This document shows positions 11,301 to 20,521 of a stretch of DNA of 64,000 nt, piece by piece. The notes below the pieces were generated by a model that had not been told where the DNA came from, did not search any database, and saw nothing but the letters and a program-made list of their open reading frames with translations. The stretch is from Acidobacteriota bacterium (GTDB lineage: Bacteria > Acidobacteriota > UBA890 > WLXD01). The position numbers and the translations under genes were made by a program. The DNA lies in assembly GCA_965205505.1 (NCBI GenBank), contig CBDBHB010000007.1, positions 160,001-224,000 on the forward strand, read 5' to 3'. Each line of letters opens with the position of its first letter. Position 1 is the stretch's first letter.

Positions 11301-11859
11301 CGACGATGCGGACTTCGGCCGGGCGCTCAAGAACTTCCTGTTTGACGACTACATCCAGCGGCACCGACGAGCAGAGGAACTGCTCAAGCTCCGGGAGTCC
11401 AAGACGCTCGAGTTCAAGTCGAGCCTGCGCTGGAACCTGAGAAAAGACCGCAAGGACGACAAGCGCGTCACCCACGCGGCGCTCAAGAGTATCGCCGCGT
11501 TCCTCAACACCGAGGGCGGCGACCTGCTGATCGGCGTGGACGACGACCGCAAGGTTGTCGGCATCGAGCACGACCGCCTCGACAGCGACGATAAGTTCAT
11601 GCGGCACTTGGCCCAGGTCGTGCGCAATGGCCTCGGTGACCGCGCCGGAACCTGCATCGATCCCAAGGCGCAGATCGTCGAGGGCAAGACCGTCTGCCTC
11701 GTGAGCTGCCAGCGGAGCCTCGAGCCGGTGTATCTGCGATGGAAGGGTCTCGAGAAGGCCGTTGAAGGAGATCTCTACGTCCGCAGCGGCCCCGGTACGG
11801 TGCGACTCGCCCAGGAGGATGCCGACAAGTACGTCGCCACAAGATTCGGCACGACGTAA
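8323..11859 (+). CDS. hsdR: Type I restriction subunit HsdR fused to a C-terminal Schlafen/AlbA_2 domain
   Basis: Nuclease DLALFLNGIPIFTAELKN, Walker A HSAGSGKS, DEAH, FTATP, TGFDQP, QTLSRLNR. Last ~160 aa contain ESKTLEFKSS, AAFLNTEGGDLLIGVDD, YVRSG. Confidence 0.95.
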   Translation: MSPEVSEQAFEEAIEYALLRNGIGARPDDTTAVGESAPEYDDEPVPGGYRKRRPEDYDRGLCLIPSDVVDFLLATQPKEWDKLKQHHGAHVKVRFLSRLSREIGRRGALDVLRNGVKDSGCRFRLAYFRPASGLNEQLQRLHAANLFAVVRQLRFSEQSEESLDLALFLNGIPIFTAELKNPLNGQDVQDAIQQYRHNRDPREPLLSYGRCLAHFAVDPELVFVTTQLSGPGTRFLPFNQGRFGGAGNSPVPPTRPGFPTDYLWEQIWARDSVLDLLRQFIHEVQEEDDAGRKTGKRFLIFPRYQQLDCVRRLVRHAREHGTGERYLIQHSAGSGKSFTIAWLAHQLSVLHDREDRRVFDSVIVVTDRRVLDRQLQRTIRQFEQTLGVVENIDQTSRQLREALEAGRTIIVTTLQKFPVIAEQIGQLPGQRFGVIVDEAHSSQSGESTKSLKAVLRAGTLEQAEQEEVGAETPEEEIDNRVLDEIQSRGRQPNLSTFAFTATPKPKTLELFGHKRPDGKFEPFHLYSMRQAIQERFILDVLANYTTYKAYWRLLKKIEQDPRYDKSQAEYLLKSFVELHPHAIRDKIAICVEHFAAQVAREIRGRAKAMIVTRSRLHAVRAKLALDQYLDDKGHPYRALVAFSGTVKDKGASYTESGMNSAGQERVIGERQTADEFGKPQYRFLVVASKFQTGFDQPLLHTMYVDKKLGGVNAVQTLSRLNRTHPGKKGTMVLDFANEAEEIRKAFEPYYETTLLSEETDPNLLYEVQDRLLNYGVFAADDVEAFGRVYFDPKGTQDRLYAALEPARQRFGELGPEEGGDFRGDLSDYARLYAFLSQVLRFADLDLEKLYVFARHLRRLLPASREELPLEVQQNIDMESFRIQQTSQGSIALERQVWPLDPAGSKPHSGAGAQELEALSRIIEALNERFGTELGPEHRVALERIRLALEEDDGLEASARVNTRENVRLTFDPKVEDKFQEFVETNFELYKRITDDADFGRALKNFLFDDYIQRHRRAEELLKLRESKTLEFKSSLRWNLRKDRKDDKRVTHAALKSIAAFLNTEGGDLLIGVDDDRKVVGIEHDRLDSDDKFMRHLAQVVRNGLGDRAGTCIDPKAQIVEGKTVCLVSCQRSLEPVYLRWKGLEKAVEGDLYVRSGPGTVRLAQEDADKYVATRFGTT

Positions 11860-12978
11860 TCCCGACCGACTGACCTTACCTCTTCACATCCAGCCCGCGC
11901 CCCCCCTTCCGTCCCCGTCGCATGTGGCGCTCCGGTCGCCATTCCCTGACACCGCGTTACGGTCCTCTAACGTGACCCGCTCGCCGTCGGATCCCTGTAG
12001 GGGCCCCATACCCGGACGACGCGCCGACTGGGATGCTTCCTATGAGTTCGGACGCGCACCAATAACGTCACGCGTTTGATGGACCATCCGATTTTCGGGC
12101 CCGGCAGGCTACATTCCAGCGATCTTGCATGGCGCCACCCCACCACTTGGCTGCGGGCGTGCCGAGTGACATCATCGGGTGCCGGCTCAGTGGATTGCGC
12201 TGGCCGCTTCAGCTTGAAGACTCCGTTGGCCAGCCCAGCCGGAGTGCAGGCAGCAGCGTAGATGCTGCGTGAGCGAAGGAATGTGCGGTGCGCGAGAGTG
12301 ACGATCCAGGCGACGCCGTGGCAGACAGGAAACACACTGTCCTCACCCAACGTTGACCGACCCGCACGTCATGATCTACAAATCCGCAATCTACTGCTCC
12401 CAGTGCACCCCGATGTAAAGATGCGCCGCCTGCGCATCAACTGCCAGACTGCTATTGCCGTCCTAAACGTGGAACTCCTTTACAGACAATGTTCTGCGAG
12501 GTTCGGTTGAAGGGTCGTCTTCGTAACGGTGAATAGGGGCATGGTCAACCGCCAGTAAGTTATCGCGAGAGAAAGGCAAATGCTGGAGCTTGGGCCACCG
12601 AGGCGGTCCTCGCATGTAACGTGCTGAATCGGATAAGGGACCTGGGCAGGGTGGGCCGAGATCTTCGACGGGATCACGTAACACGGGCGCACTGGACCCG
12701 CTCCCGCTACCACGTGAAGGTGAAGAGTGCGCCTCGTAGAGGAAGTCGAATCGCATGTCGAGGCCACGCTACCGCCCTCCCTTCGTCAAGTGAATCATCG
12801 CCGTCGGACTCCTTACCAGACTTTCACCGCTGGCCTGAAGGACGCCAGGTTGGCCGCAAAGACCAGGAAGGAGGACCTCAATAAGAAGGCAGCCGGGACA
12901 GAGCTCCCGCGAGGGCCGAGTGTCAGGTAATCGTTGTTCCTGTACACGTTGCGAAAACATTACGACGGAGTATGAATC

Positions 12979-13789
12979 ATGTCACAGAATGTTTATGACC
13001 GGATCGGCGTATATTTTCGTAATGTTTCCAAAGTTCTGAGGGGTGAAGCAGACGCCGCAACAATATTCCCAAACGCCAGCGATATCGGCAGCGTCAGAGA
13101 AAAGACATACGCAACTTTCCTACGGCAACATGCTCCTTCGAAATGTAATGTATTCTTGGGTGGCTTTCTGTTCCACGAAGACGGCTCCGAATCGGCGCAA
13201 CTGGACGTCATTGTCACTACGGACACTTACGCCGCGCTTTGATTTACACAATGCGAATGGCTTCGGAAAATCGTTTTCTCCAATAGAGGGGACGCTGGCT
13301 GTGGCGTCGATTAAATCCACAGTCGGAAAACGAGAATTATACGATGCATTGTCCAATATTGCGTCTATCCCACCCATGCAACCTATAGGGAAACGAATTC
13401 CTCCCAGTTTTCCGAAATTCAGTTACGAAGACTGGCCGTTCAAGATTATCTTCGCAAACCGGGGAATTACTGCGCATAGTATCTATCGTCATGTTCGAAA
13501 ATATTATGATCAGCACTCTAATATTCCATTAGAGAGACGGCCACATATAATACATGTGGCAGGTGAATGTGCAATTCTTAGAATGATTGAAGGATATTCA
13601 CCTTTCAACGTCTTCACAAATAATAAGAAGGAGACAGAACTCGGAAGTTTTGAATTGTTTACCCATGATCCCGATTTATTGGCTATTACTTTTGTCTTGA
13701 ATGAAATAAAAAAAAGAGCATTGTTTTCAACACACATCTTATTTGATCATAGTTACATATTGAACAGCGTTCAAAAAATAACCACATGA
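12979..13789 (+). CDS. DUF6602-like putative PD-(D/E)XK nuclease (frameshift near 13228), AT-rich
   Basis: DIGSVRE...FLRQHAP...GGFLF...SAQLDVIV, then PIEGTLAVASIKS in the next frame; visibly lower GC than the flanks. Confidence 0.65.
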
Positions 13790-13819
13790 GATATTCGTTT
13801 AGTATTGCAATCGATAACT

Positions 13820-13950
13820 TAACCACGTCATGCAGTACATGGCGGATGTCGTCGCGGTCTGTAACGCGGTAGAGGTGGAAATAGAGCGCGTCCAGCTTGG
13901 TGCGGAGGCGAAGGCAGCGATCCACGTCCCAGCGGAAGGGCGGCGGTACT
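13820..13950 (-). pseudogene. C-terminal remnant of an Eco57I-like/type IIG R-M methyltransferase
   Basis: PPPFRWDVDRCLRLRTKLDALYFHLYRVTDRDDIRHVL resembles the conserved C-terminus of such enzymes. Confidence 0.6.
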
Positions 13951-14714
13951 TTGCCCGACTCGCAGTCACTGGGCGTGGCCATGGCTCGCCGCGATCCGCT
14001 GGCACTCCATCGAGTCGGCCGCAGCGGTACTGGGCAGGCCTTCCGATCGCTCCTGCGGTGACCGAAGGGCAATTCTGCGCCGGTGCAGCGTTACCTAGCG
14101 CTGGTTACGTCAGTGCCCGCGCGTCGGTTGAGCCTTGCGTACACTTTCACGAACAGCCTGACCGGAGCCAGCCGTATCGCCACTTCTTGGAGGCCGCAGG
14201 CGATGCGGTTTGTCACTACCATGCTGGGCGGCTTGATGGTGCTGGTGTCGCGCGACGTGAGGAAAGTACCGCGAGTTGCTGCTGTACGTCGGCTGGGCGT
14301 CTGGCGTGTTCGGTGTGGCGCTCTTCTTCATCAACCGCGCCGAGGGGCTGCCGCCGCAGTGGGCTTGTAGGAAGAGCCGTCAGTCACCGCAGTGGGGGTG
14401 GGGATCGCTCGGTTGCCGCGCGCCGTCAGGCCCTAGGCCTACTCGTGCCGCAGCGCCTCGGCCGGTCTAGCGTCGTAGCCCGCCACGACGGAAGATAGCC
14501 GGCGGCGATCCCGTGAGGCACGCCAACGCTAGTCCGAAAGCGACCGCTCGCACGGTCCAGACCGCCGGCGTGCGTAGGGCATGTGGCATAGTCGCTGTCC
14601 GGTGAGCGCGGCGAAGGCATTGGCGATCCACGCTGACGCGCTCTTACAGTTGCGTTGCTGGCACCGTAGATGACGGCGCTTTCGATCTGGCCGCCGATCA
14701 GGGTCAGGCCGGCG

Positions 14715-14925
14715 CGCAGAACAACCTCGGGCGCATGAACGACAACGGCGAGGGCGTCCTCAAGGATTCCGTGCTTGCGCACATGTGGTTCAACATCGCC
14801 GGTGCCAACGGAAACGAAGAAGGCAGGAGGCGGAGGGACAACCTTGAACCAGACATGACCGGCGCCCAGATCAGCCGTGCAACCGAACTGGCGCGCGCGT
14901 GCATGGACTCGGGCTACCAGGTCTG
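14715..14925 (+). pseudogene. Remnant paralogous to the 3' end of the SLR gene
   Basis: Near-identical to 3890-4075 (GEGVLKDSVLAHMWFNIAGANGNE...NLEPDMTGAQISRATELARACM). Confidence 0.9.
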
Positions 14926-15049
14926 CGGTCAAGAAGGGGTGCCCCCGCACCGGACAAACTCAACACTCCTCAGCGCGCGCGAGATCCCCAAACTCGCCAG
15001 ACTCGCGCGCCTCAAGCTCGTGCCCCGTGGCGGCGCACCCCTGGCTGGG

Positions 15050-15350
15050 ACCCTACCTGGTGTACGACGGCGCCTGCGGCACGGGGGGCATGTTGACAGT
15101 GGCCGAGGAGACGTTGACGCAGATCGCCCAGCAGCGCGGCAAGCAGGTCGCCACCCATCTCTACGGTCAGGAGATCAATTCCGAGACCTACGCCATCGCC
15201 AAGGCGGATCTTCTGCTCAAGGGCGAGGGAGAAGCGGCCGACAACATCGTCGGGGGGCCGGAACACTCGACGCTCTCCAACGACGCCTTTCCGTCCCGCG
15301 AGTTCGACTTCATGCTCTCCAACCCGCCCTACGGCAAGAGCTACAAGAGT
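15050..15350 (+). pseudogene. hsdM: Internal fragment of a second hsdM
   Basis: YDGACGTGGML, LYGQEINSETYAIAKAD, FDFMLSNPPYGKS; cut off by IS3 sequence. Confidence 0.85.
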
Positions 15351-15555
15351 GAAACGTCCAGTGGTCGATGGACTTCATGCTCGACATGCTGTCAGTGGTC
15401 GAGTCTTCCGCACCTTGAACGTTGTTGACGACGCGACGCGGGAATGCTTGGCTATTGAGGTGGATACGTCGCTGTCGGGTCAACGGAGCGCTCGAGTTCT
15501 CGATCGCATTGCCGAGCAGCGGGGGAGCTATCCGAGCCGGCTGGTTCTAGGCTAG
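15350..15555 (+). mobile_element. IS3-family transposase fragment
   Basis: GRVFRTLNVVDDATRECLAIEVDTSLSG (rve core). Confidence 0.85.
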
Positions 15556-15617
15556 CCACGGTCGTCGATTGTGTGAGTGTCAAGGCTGCTCGTACACGAT
15601 GCTGATCTATCCGCAGG

Positions 15618-16160
15618 ATGATCGCGGGGAAAGAGATGCGAGTCGTTCTGGAGACCTTTGTACAGCTCGCGCACGAGGCGAGCCCGGAGTGGCAGGAGGT
15701 GCAGGCGCTCGCAGGCAACCTGGCTGAAGCGCTAAATGCACCGTCGACGTTGGGTCTGATACACGACGCCAATCGACCTGGAACGTCCAGCGCGCTGGTC
15801 CAAGCCGCGGTTCGTCCCTCAGCCGACGCACTTGGGTTTGAGAGTGAACGACAGGGTCTTTTCGCCGAGTCCATCGTCGGGCTCAGACCAGACTACTACC
15901 GGCGTGTAGGCGATAGCGGTGTCCTAATGGAAGTCGAGCGCGGCAAGACGACCAACAACAACATGGACCTGCTGGACTTCTGGAAGTGCCACCTCTGCGG
16001 CGAGGCTGCGTATCTCTTCCTGCTTGTTCCACAACAACTGCAGCACAATCCCGACATGGTTCCCAAACGGGAATTCGAGAAGGTCCGCAGACGGCTAGAG
16101 ACGTTCTTCAAGCCCGGGAACTACACCAACATCCGAGGACTGGCGCTGTTCGGCTACTGA
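15618..16160 (+). CDS. Stand-alone restriction-endonuclease-like protein (PD-(D/E)XK superfamily, ExE variant)
   Basis: LRPDYY...VLMEVERGK...DLLDFWK pattern, reminiscent of BglII/BstYI/BamHI-type active sites. Confidence 0.55.
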   Translation: MIAGKEMRVVLETFVQLAHEASPEWQEVQALAGNLAEALNAPSTLGLIHDANRPGTSSALVQAAVRPSADALGFESERQGLFAESIVGLRPDYYRRVGDSGVLMEVERGKTTNNNMDLLDFWKCHLCGEAAYLFLLVPQQLQHNPDMVPKREFEKVRRRLETFFKPGNYTNIRGLALFGY

Positions 16161-16439
16161 GTACAACAGCCGGTGGAAACCGGTTCTCTTCACCCCCCCT
16201 AGGCATCGCCCTACTCATCTCCCTCAGGGGAGCACCCCTCCATTAGGAAGCGCGGGTCGATTGGCACTAGCCGCGGGATAGAGACGCTCTCGACCTTATT
16301 CTTGCTCCGCAGCGTGAACGTGCCGGGATCCGACCACGCGAGCACACGCTCGGGTGACTTGCCGCTGACGGCTGCGATCAGCGGTGCCTGTCCGTCAGCC
16401 ATCGAGCGCTCCAAGCGTGCCGTGTACTCGGGGTCTCCG

Positions 16440-17105
16440 AGAGCTCGCGTTACTCGACCACGGTTCGGGTACCGACGACTCTGGGTAGTGTTGAGGCGAC
16501 GAGGCTGGCAGGTGAACCACAAGCGCATCTGCCGCCTTACCGGCAGGAGAGGCTATCGATCCGGGTGAAGCGCCGTCGCAAGCGGGCGAGCCAGGCAAGG
16601 GTGTCACTGCCGGCCAAGAGCGCACCGAACGAGCGTTGGAGCATGGACTTCATCACCGACCGACTGGACAATGGTCGCTACTTTCGAGTGCTGACAATCG
16701 TGGATCACTTCACTCGAGAGTCCCCGGTGCTGGAGCCTGGGTGTATCGATGACCGGACAACGATGGCACAGGTGCTGGAGCGTCTCTGGATGCGGCGGCC
16801 CTTACCGAAGATCATCACCGTGACAACGGCTCGGAGTTCTACTCCCAGGCGATGGACTCATGGGCGTACCGGCACGGCGTGCAGCTGGAGTTCATCAGGC
16901 CGGGCAAGCCCGTGGACAACGACTTCATCGAGAGATTCAACGGTCGGCTCAGGGATGAATGCCTTATAACGCGCATCTGTTCCTGTCGATCCAAGATGCG
17001 CGTCGCAAGCTAGAGGCTTGGAGGATCGACTACACCACCAACGACCCCACAGCTCCCTGGCTGACCGAACTCCTACGGAGTTCGCCAGGGGCTGGCAGCG
17101 GAGGG
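16440..17105 (+). mobile_element. Degenerate IS3-family transposase (OrfB), several frameshifts
   Basis: PRFGYRRL...VNHKRI, NERWSMDFITD, VDHFTRE, PGKPVDN.FIE.FNGRLRDECL, RPHSSL. Confidence 0.9.
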
Positions 17106-17109
17106 CTGC

Positions 17110-18380
17110 GAGGTATTACCAGAAGTTGTGGATCTGGAGGAGCATGAGAAGGCGGCGTAGCCTTCCGGGTGAACCAAGACCCAAGGACCCTGGTGACAGC
17201 CAGGGGAAAGGAGACGCCGCCCGTGCTGAAGATACTCCACAACGAGATCGATGAGGAGGACAGCGGCCTGCCGACGCTGGACGAACTGGCCCGTGAAGGA
17301 GCTCGGAGGATGCTACTGGGCGCATTGGATGCGGAGGTGGCCGCGTACCTGGCGCGACACGAGCCGGATCCTGCCGCCGTACATGAGGCGTTCGCCGAAG
17401 GTGGCCGAGGTGTTGCCGATCCTGTACTGCGAGGGCTCTCGACCGGAGACTTCCAGCCGGCGCTCAGCTCACTGCTGGGTCGAAGATGCGGCGGGCTTGT
17501 CGGCGACCAACATCGCACGACTGACGGCGGTCTGGGAGCAGGAATACCGATCGTTCCGGAACCAGAGCCTGGCGGAGCGGGACTACGTGTACATCTGGGC
17601 CGACGGGATCCACTTCCGAGTGCGCCTGGAGCAGGATCGGCTGTGCACGCTGGTGATCATTGGAGCCCGTCCTGACGGCATAAAGGAGTTGCTGGCGATC
17701 GAGGACGGGTACCGGGAGAGCGCCGAGTGCTGGCTGTCGGTGCTGCGGTGCCTCAAGAGCCGGGGAGCAAGCGCCGGTGCTGGCGATCGGCGACGTGGCC
17801 CCTGGGGTTCTGGAACGCGGTCAGCGAGGTGTGGCCCGAGACGCTCGAGCAGCGCGACTGGTGCCACAAGCTTGCCAACGTGCTGGACAAGCTCCCGAAG
17901 CGCCTACAGGGCAAGGCCAAGGCCATGCTGCACGAGGTGATGTATGCGGACACGCGCGAAGTTGCCGAGGAAGGGATCGACGCGTTCGCGGCGGAGTACT
18001 CCCCCAGTATGACAAAGCGGTCGAATGCCTGCTCAAGGACCGGGAGACGCTGCTGACGTTCTTCGACTTCCCGGCCGAGCACTGGGTGCACCTGCGAACG
18101 ACCAACGTCATCGAGTCGCCGTTCGCCACCGTGCGGCTCCGACAGCGGGTGACCAAGGGCGCCGGCAACCGGATCAAGGCCCTGACCATGGCGTTCAAGC
18201 TGCTGCAGATGGCCGAGCAACGATGACGCCGCCTGAACGGATCCCACCTGCTGCCGCTCGTGAGAGCCGGCGTCAGATTTGTCGTTGGGGTGCCGCTGGA
18301 ACGCAAGCAAACTGAGGAGACCAGGAAGGACGCCGCCTGATCATGCTGCCTTCCTCATCCACAACTCTTGCCAACATCTC
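17110..18380 (+). mobile_element. Degenerate IS256-family element with imperfect terminal IRs
   Basis: YIWADGIHFRVR, EQRDWCHKLANV, HLRTTNVIESPFATVR. Left end GAGGTATTACCAGAAGTTGTGGAT; right end reverse complement GAGATGTTGGCAAGAGTTGTGGAT. Contains frameshifts, a deletion and a Trp-to-TGA change. Confidence 0.9.
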
Positions 18381-18533
18381 CCAAATTCGCCTTCCTCTCG
18401 TCTGTAGTACCGAAAACTAGTTCACAAAGAAAAGCCCAAATCGCGGCATGTACGTGGCATTTCGGGCCGAAAGACGACGAAAGGGACCCGGCCGCGCTGG
18501 CTGAATCCCCTTTGTTCATAGTCCTTTATGCGA

Positions 18534-18586
18534 GTAGCGGGGGTAGGATTTGAACCTGCGACCTTCGGGTTATGAGCCCGACGAGC
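18534..18586 (-). tRNA. 3' fragment of initiator-type tRNA-Met(CAT), probable att-site remnant
   Basis: Reverse complement GCTCGTCGGGCTCATAACCCGAAGGTCGCAGGTTCAAATCCTACCCCCGCTAC, with GGG/CCC anticodon stem; 5' acceptor strand missing. Confidence 0.85.
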
Positions 18587-19332
18587 CATTGACCTGCTGT
18601 GGGCCGGGTGCGAACAACTCCGCATGCTCACGGAGAAAGAGCGCGATCGCCAGCAGTTCGGAACACAGGTCACAGGACAGCGTGTGGGAAGTCGACAACA
18701 ATGGAGGCTCGTCGGCGGCCTCAAGCGCTTCCAGTATGGTCCTGAGTTCCTGGCATCCGTGTGGCTGCACCGGTCACCGCCTTTGCTTCATACCTACGAA
18801 CATCATCCCAATACCTTAGTAGATGGCCACACCCTCGTAAATTCCGGAGTTCCACCCTTTCTCCTGTTGGTCCACCACGTAAGCTAATGGGAGAAGTCAA
18901 TGAGTTTCTTGGAGATGCTGAGTCGCTTATTCGGGTACCTTACGGACCGAGCATACGAACTCTGGCGACTGCTCCTGGCTGGGTAGGCATCTCCGCTAAG
19001 GTTGCCCTCAGGGTGCTCTCCACTCCGCACGGGTTCGGAAGAGAGCCAGTCTCGGTGCTGCGCTAGCGCTCGATCCAGCAGTGGAACACCAGCTCCATCT
19101 CGCGAATCTGGAACCGGTTGCGCTGGTAGAAGTTCAGCGCTCTCGGGTTGCGCCGCTCGCGACCGAGGCGAATCCCAGGAGGCGCGACGACGGCGATGCA
19201 ACGGGCATCGTCGAGGAGCGCCGACGCCGAAGGCGACCGGTCCCGCCGCCACCCGTAAGGGCTGGGACGATATGGGGGAGCCTCGGCGTTGCGATTCGTC
19301 GACGATGGACACCGCATCGGCTGATGTAATAT

Positions 19333-20130
19333 TTGGGCATTCGGCCGGTCTGCTCGGAGGTATGCGTGCGCAACGCAGCAAAGCTGCTGTCGGTGGGTCT
19401 GGTCTCGGTTCCGATCCTCCTGTCGGCGGGTCTCGCCGGCGCCCAAGACCACCGCGACTTGCCCCTCGGAGAGATGACGGCAGCGCAGCTTGTCACCGGC
19501 GACGGCGCTACCTTCCGTTTCATAGCGGAGACCAGCGGCCTGCTCACCGTCATGATCCATGGCGACGATATTGATCTCTTTATCGAGGTGACCGATGCCA
19601 TAGGCGTGCTAGTGGAGGAGGGTCGCGTCGACTTGGATCTGTTCGGCAACGCCGGGGCGGAACACTTCTCGCGAGCCTTGCGGCGGCCGGGAGAATATCG
19701 CGTTCGCGTAGGCAGCTTCATGGAGGAGCTTGGCGAGTTCAGCATCGGCGCGACCTGGCTGCCGGTGGTCGCTATCGAGGTGCCGCCGGACCCGGATGGC
19801 TCGCCTGACACGGCGACCATGCTCGTCCCGGGTACACCCCTGGAGGATACGCTCGACGACGCCGTGGGAGACGCTGTTGATTGGTACATCGTCGAGGCGA
19901 CCGCTGATATCGTCGTCACCGTGATTACCGAGGGAGAGGACGACGTTTTCCTCGAGGCGTACGTCGACGGCGATTTCAGCAGCTACACCGACCGCTCGGA
20001 TCAGGACCTTCAGGGCAGCGGTGGCAACGAGTCCGTAACCGTCCGCCTGAGAACCGACGAGAAGGCGTACTTCAAAGTCATGCCGTTCTCGGGATCGGTC
20101 CGTTACAGCATCCGCGCCGGGGTGATGTAG
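19333..20130 (+). CDS. Exported hypothetical protein with PPC-like beta-sandwich repeats
   Basis: Signal peptide; two repeats with DIDLFI/DVFLEA, DxDLxGxxGxE and GEYRVRV/DWY motifs. Start uncertain. Confidence 0.6.
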   Translation: MGIRPVCSEVCVRNAAKLLSVGLVSVPILLSAGLAGAQDHRDLPLGEMTAAQLVTGDGATFRFIAETSGLLTVMIHGDDIDLFIEVTDAIGVLVEEGRVDLDLFGNAGAEHFSRALRRPGEYRVRVGSFMEELGEFSIGATWLPVVAIEVPPDPDGSPDTATMLVPGTPLEDTLDDAVGDAVDWYIVEATADIVVTVITEGEDDVFLEAYVDGDFSSYTDRSDQDLQGSGGNESVTVRLRTDEKAYFKVMPFSGSVRYSIRAGVM

Positions 20131-20158
20131 TCGCAGCGGGGCACGTCACCGCGACCTG

Positions 20159-20437
20159 CTAGTCGTCGGCACGTAGCGCGAGCACCGCCGCTGCCTCGTC
20201 GTCGTCGAGCACCGGCGTGACCGCAAGGTCACACACGTCGCTCCACTCGGCCGCGAACTGATAAATCGCCGTCGGGTCGTCGGTCTCGAGCAGAATGAAG
20301 CCGTGTCGACCGGCGGCTGCGTGCCAGCGATCAACCATCGTCACCCCATCAGGAGCCACACCACCGTTGTCGAGAAAGCGCTCGACAGCGGTCTCCCAGG
20401 CATCCGAGGGAATTTGGTAGGTCATCATGAAGCGCAT
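20159..20437 (-). CDS. DUF3303-family small protein
   Basis: MRFMMTY...GVTMVDRWH...GFILLETDD...W...VTPVLDD. Confidence 0.8.
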   Translation of the reverse strand: MRFMMTYQIPSDAWETAVERFLDNGGVAPDGVTMVDRWHAAAGRHGFILLETDDPTAIYQFAAEWSDVCDLAVTPVLDDDEAAAVLALRADD

Positions 20438-20521
20438 GGCACGCCTCCCTGGCTGCCGTCGATCGCGGACGATTGGTAGCCGAGACTCTAGCGCCGGAGG
20501 GTTAGCGGCGCAACGACGCCG

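Noticed and set aside
11870-12960. Short ORFs downstream of hsdR as extra defence genes
   Set aside because: No coherent frame or motif; probably decayed fragments.
18224-18226. In-frame TGA in the IS256 transposase as possible Sec or recoding
   Set aside because: It sits at a conserved Trp (QRWRRLNG) in an element with many other lesions, so it is an ordinary nonsense mutation.
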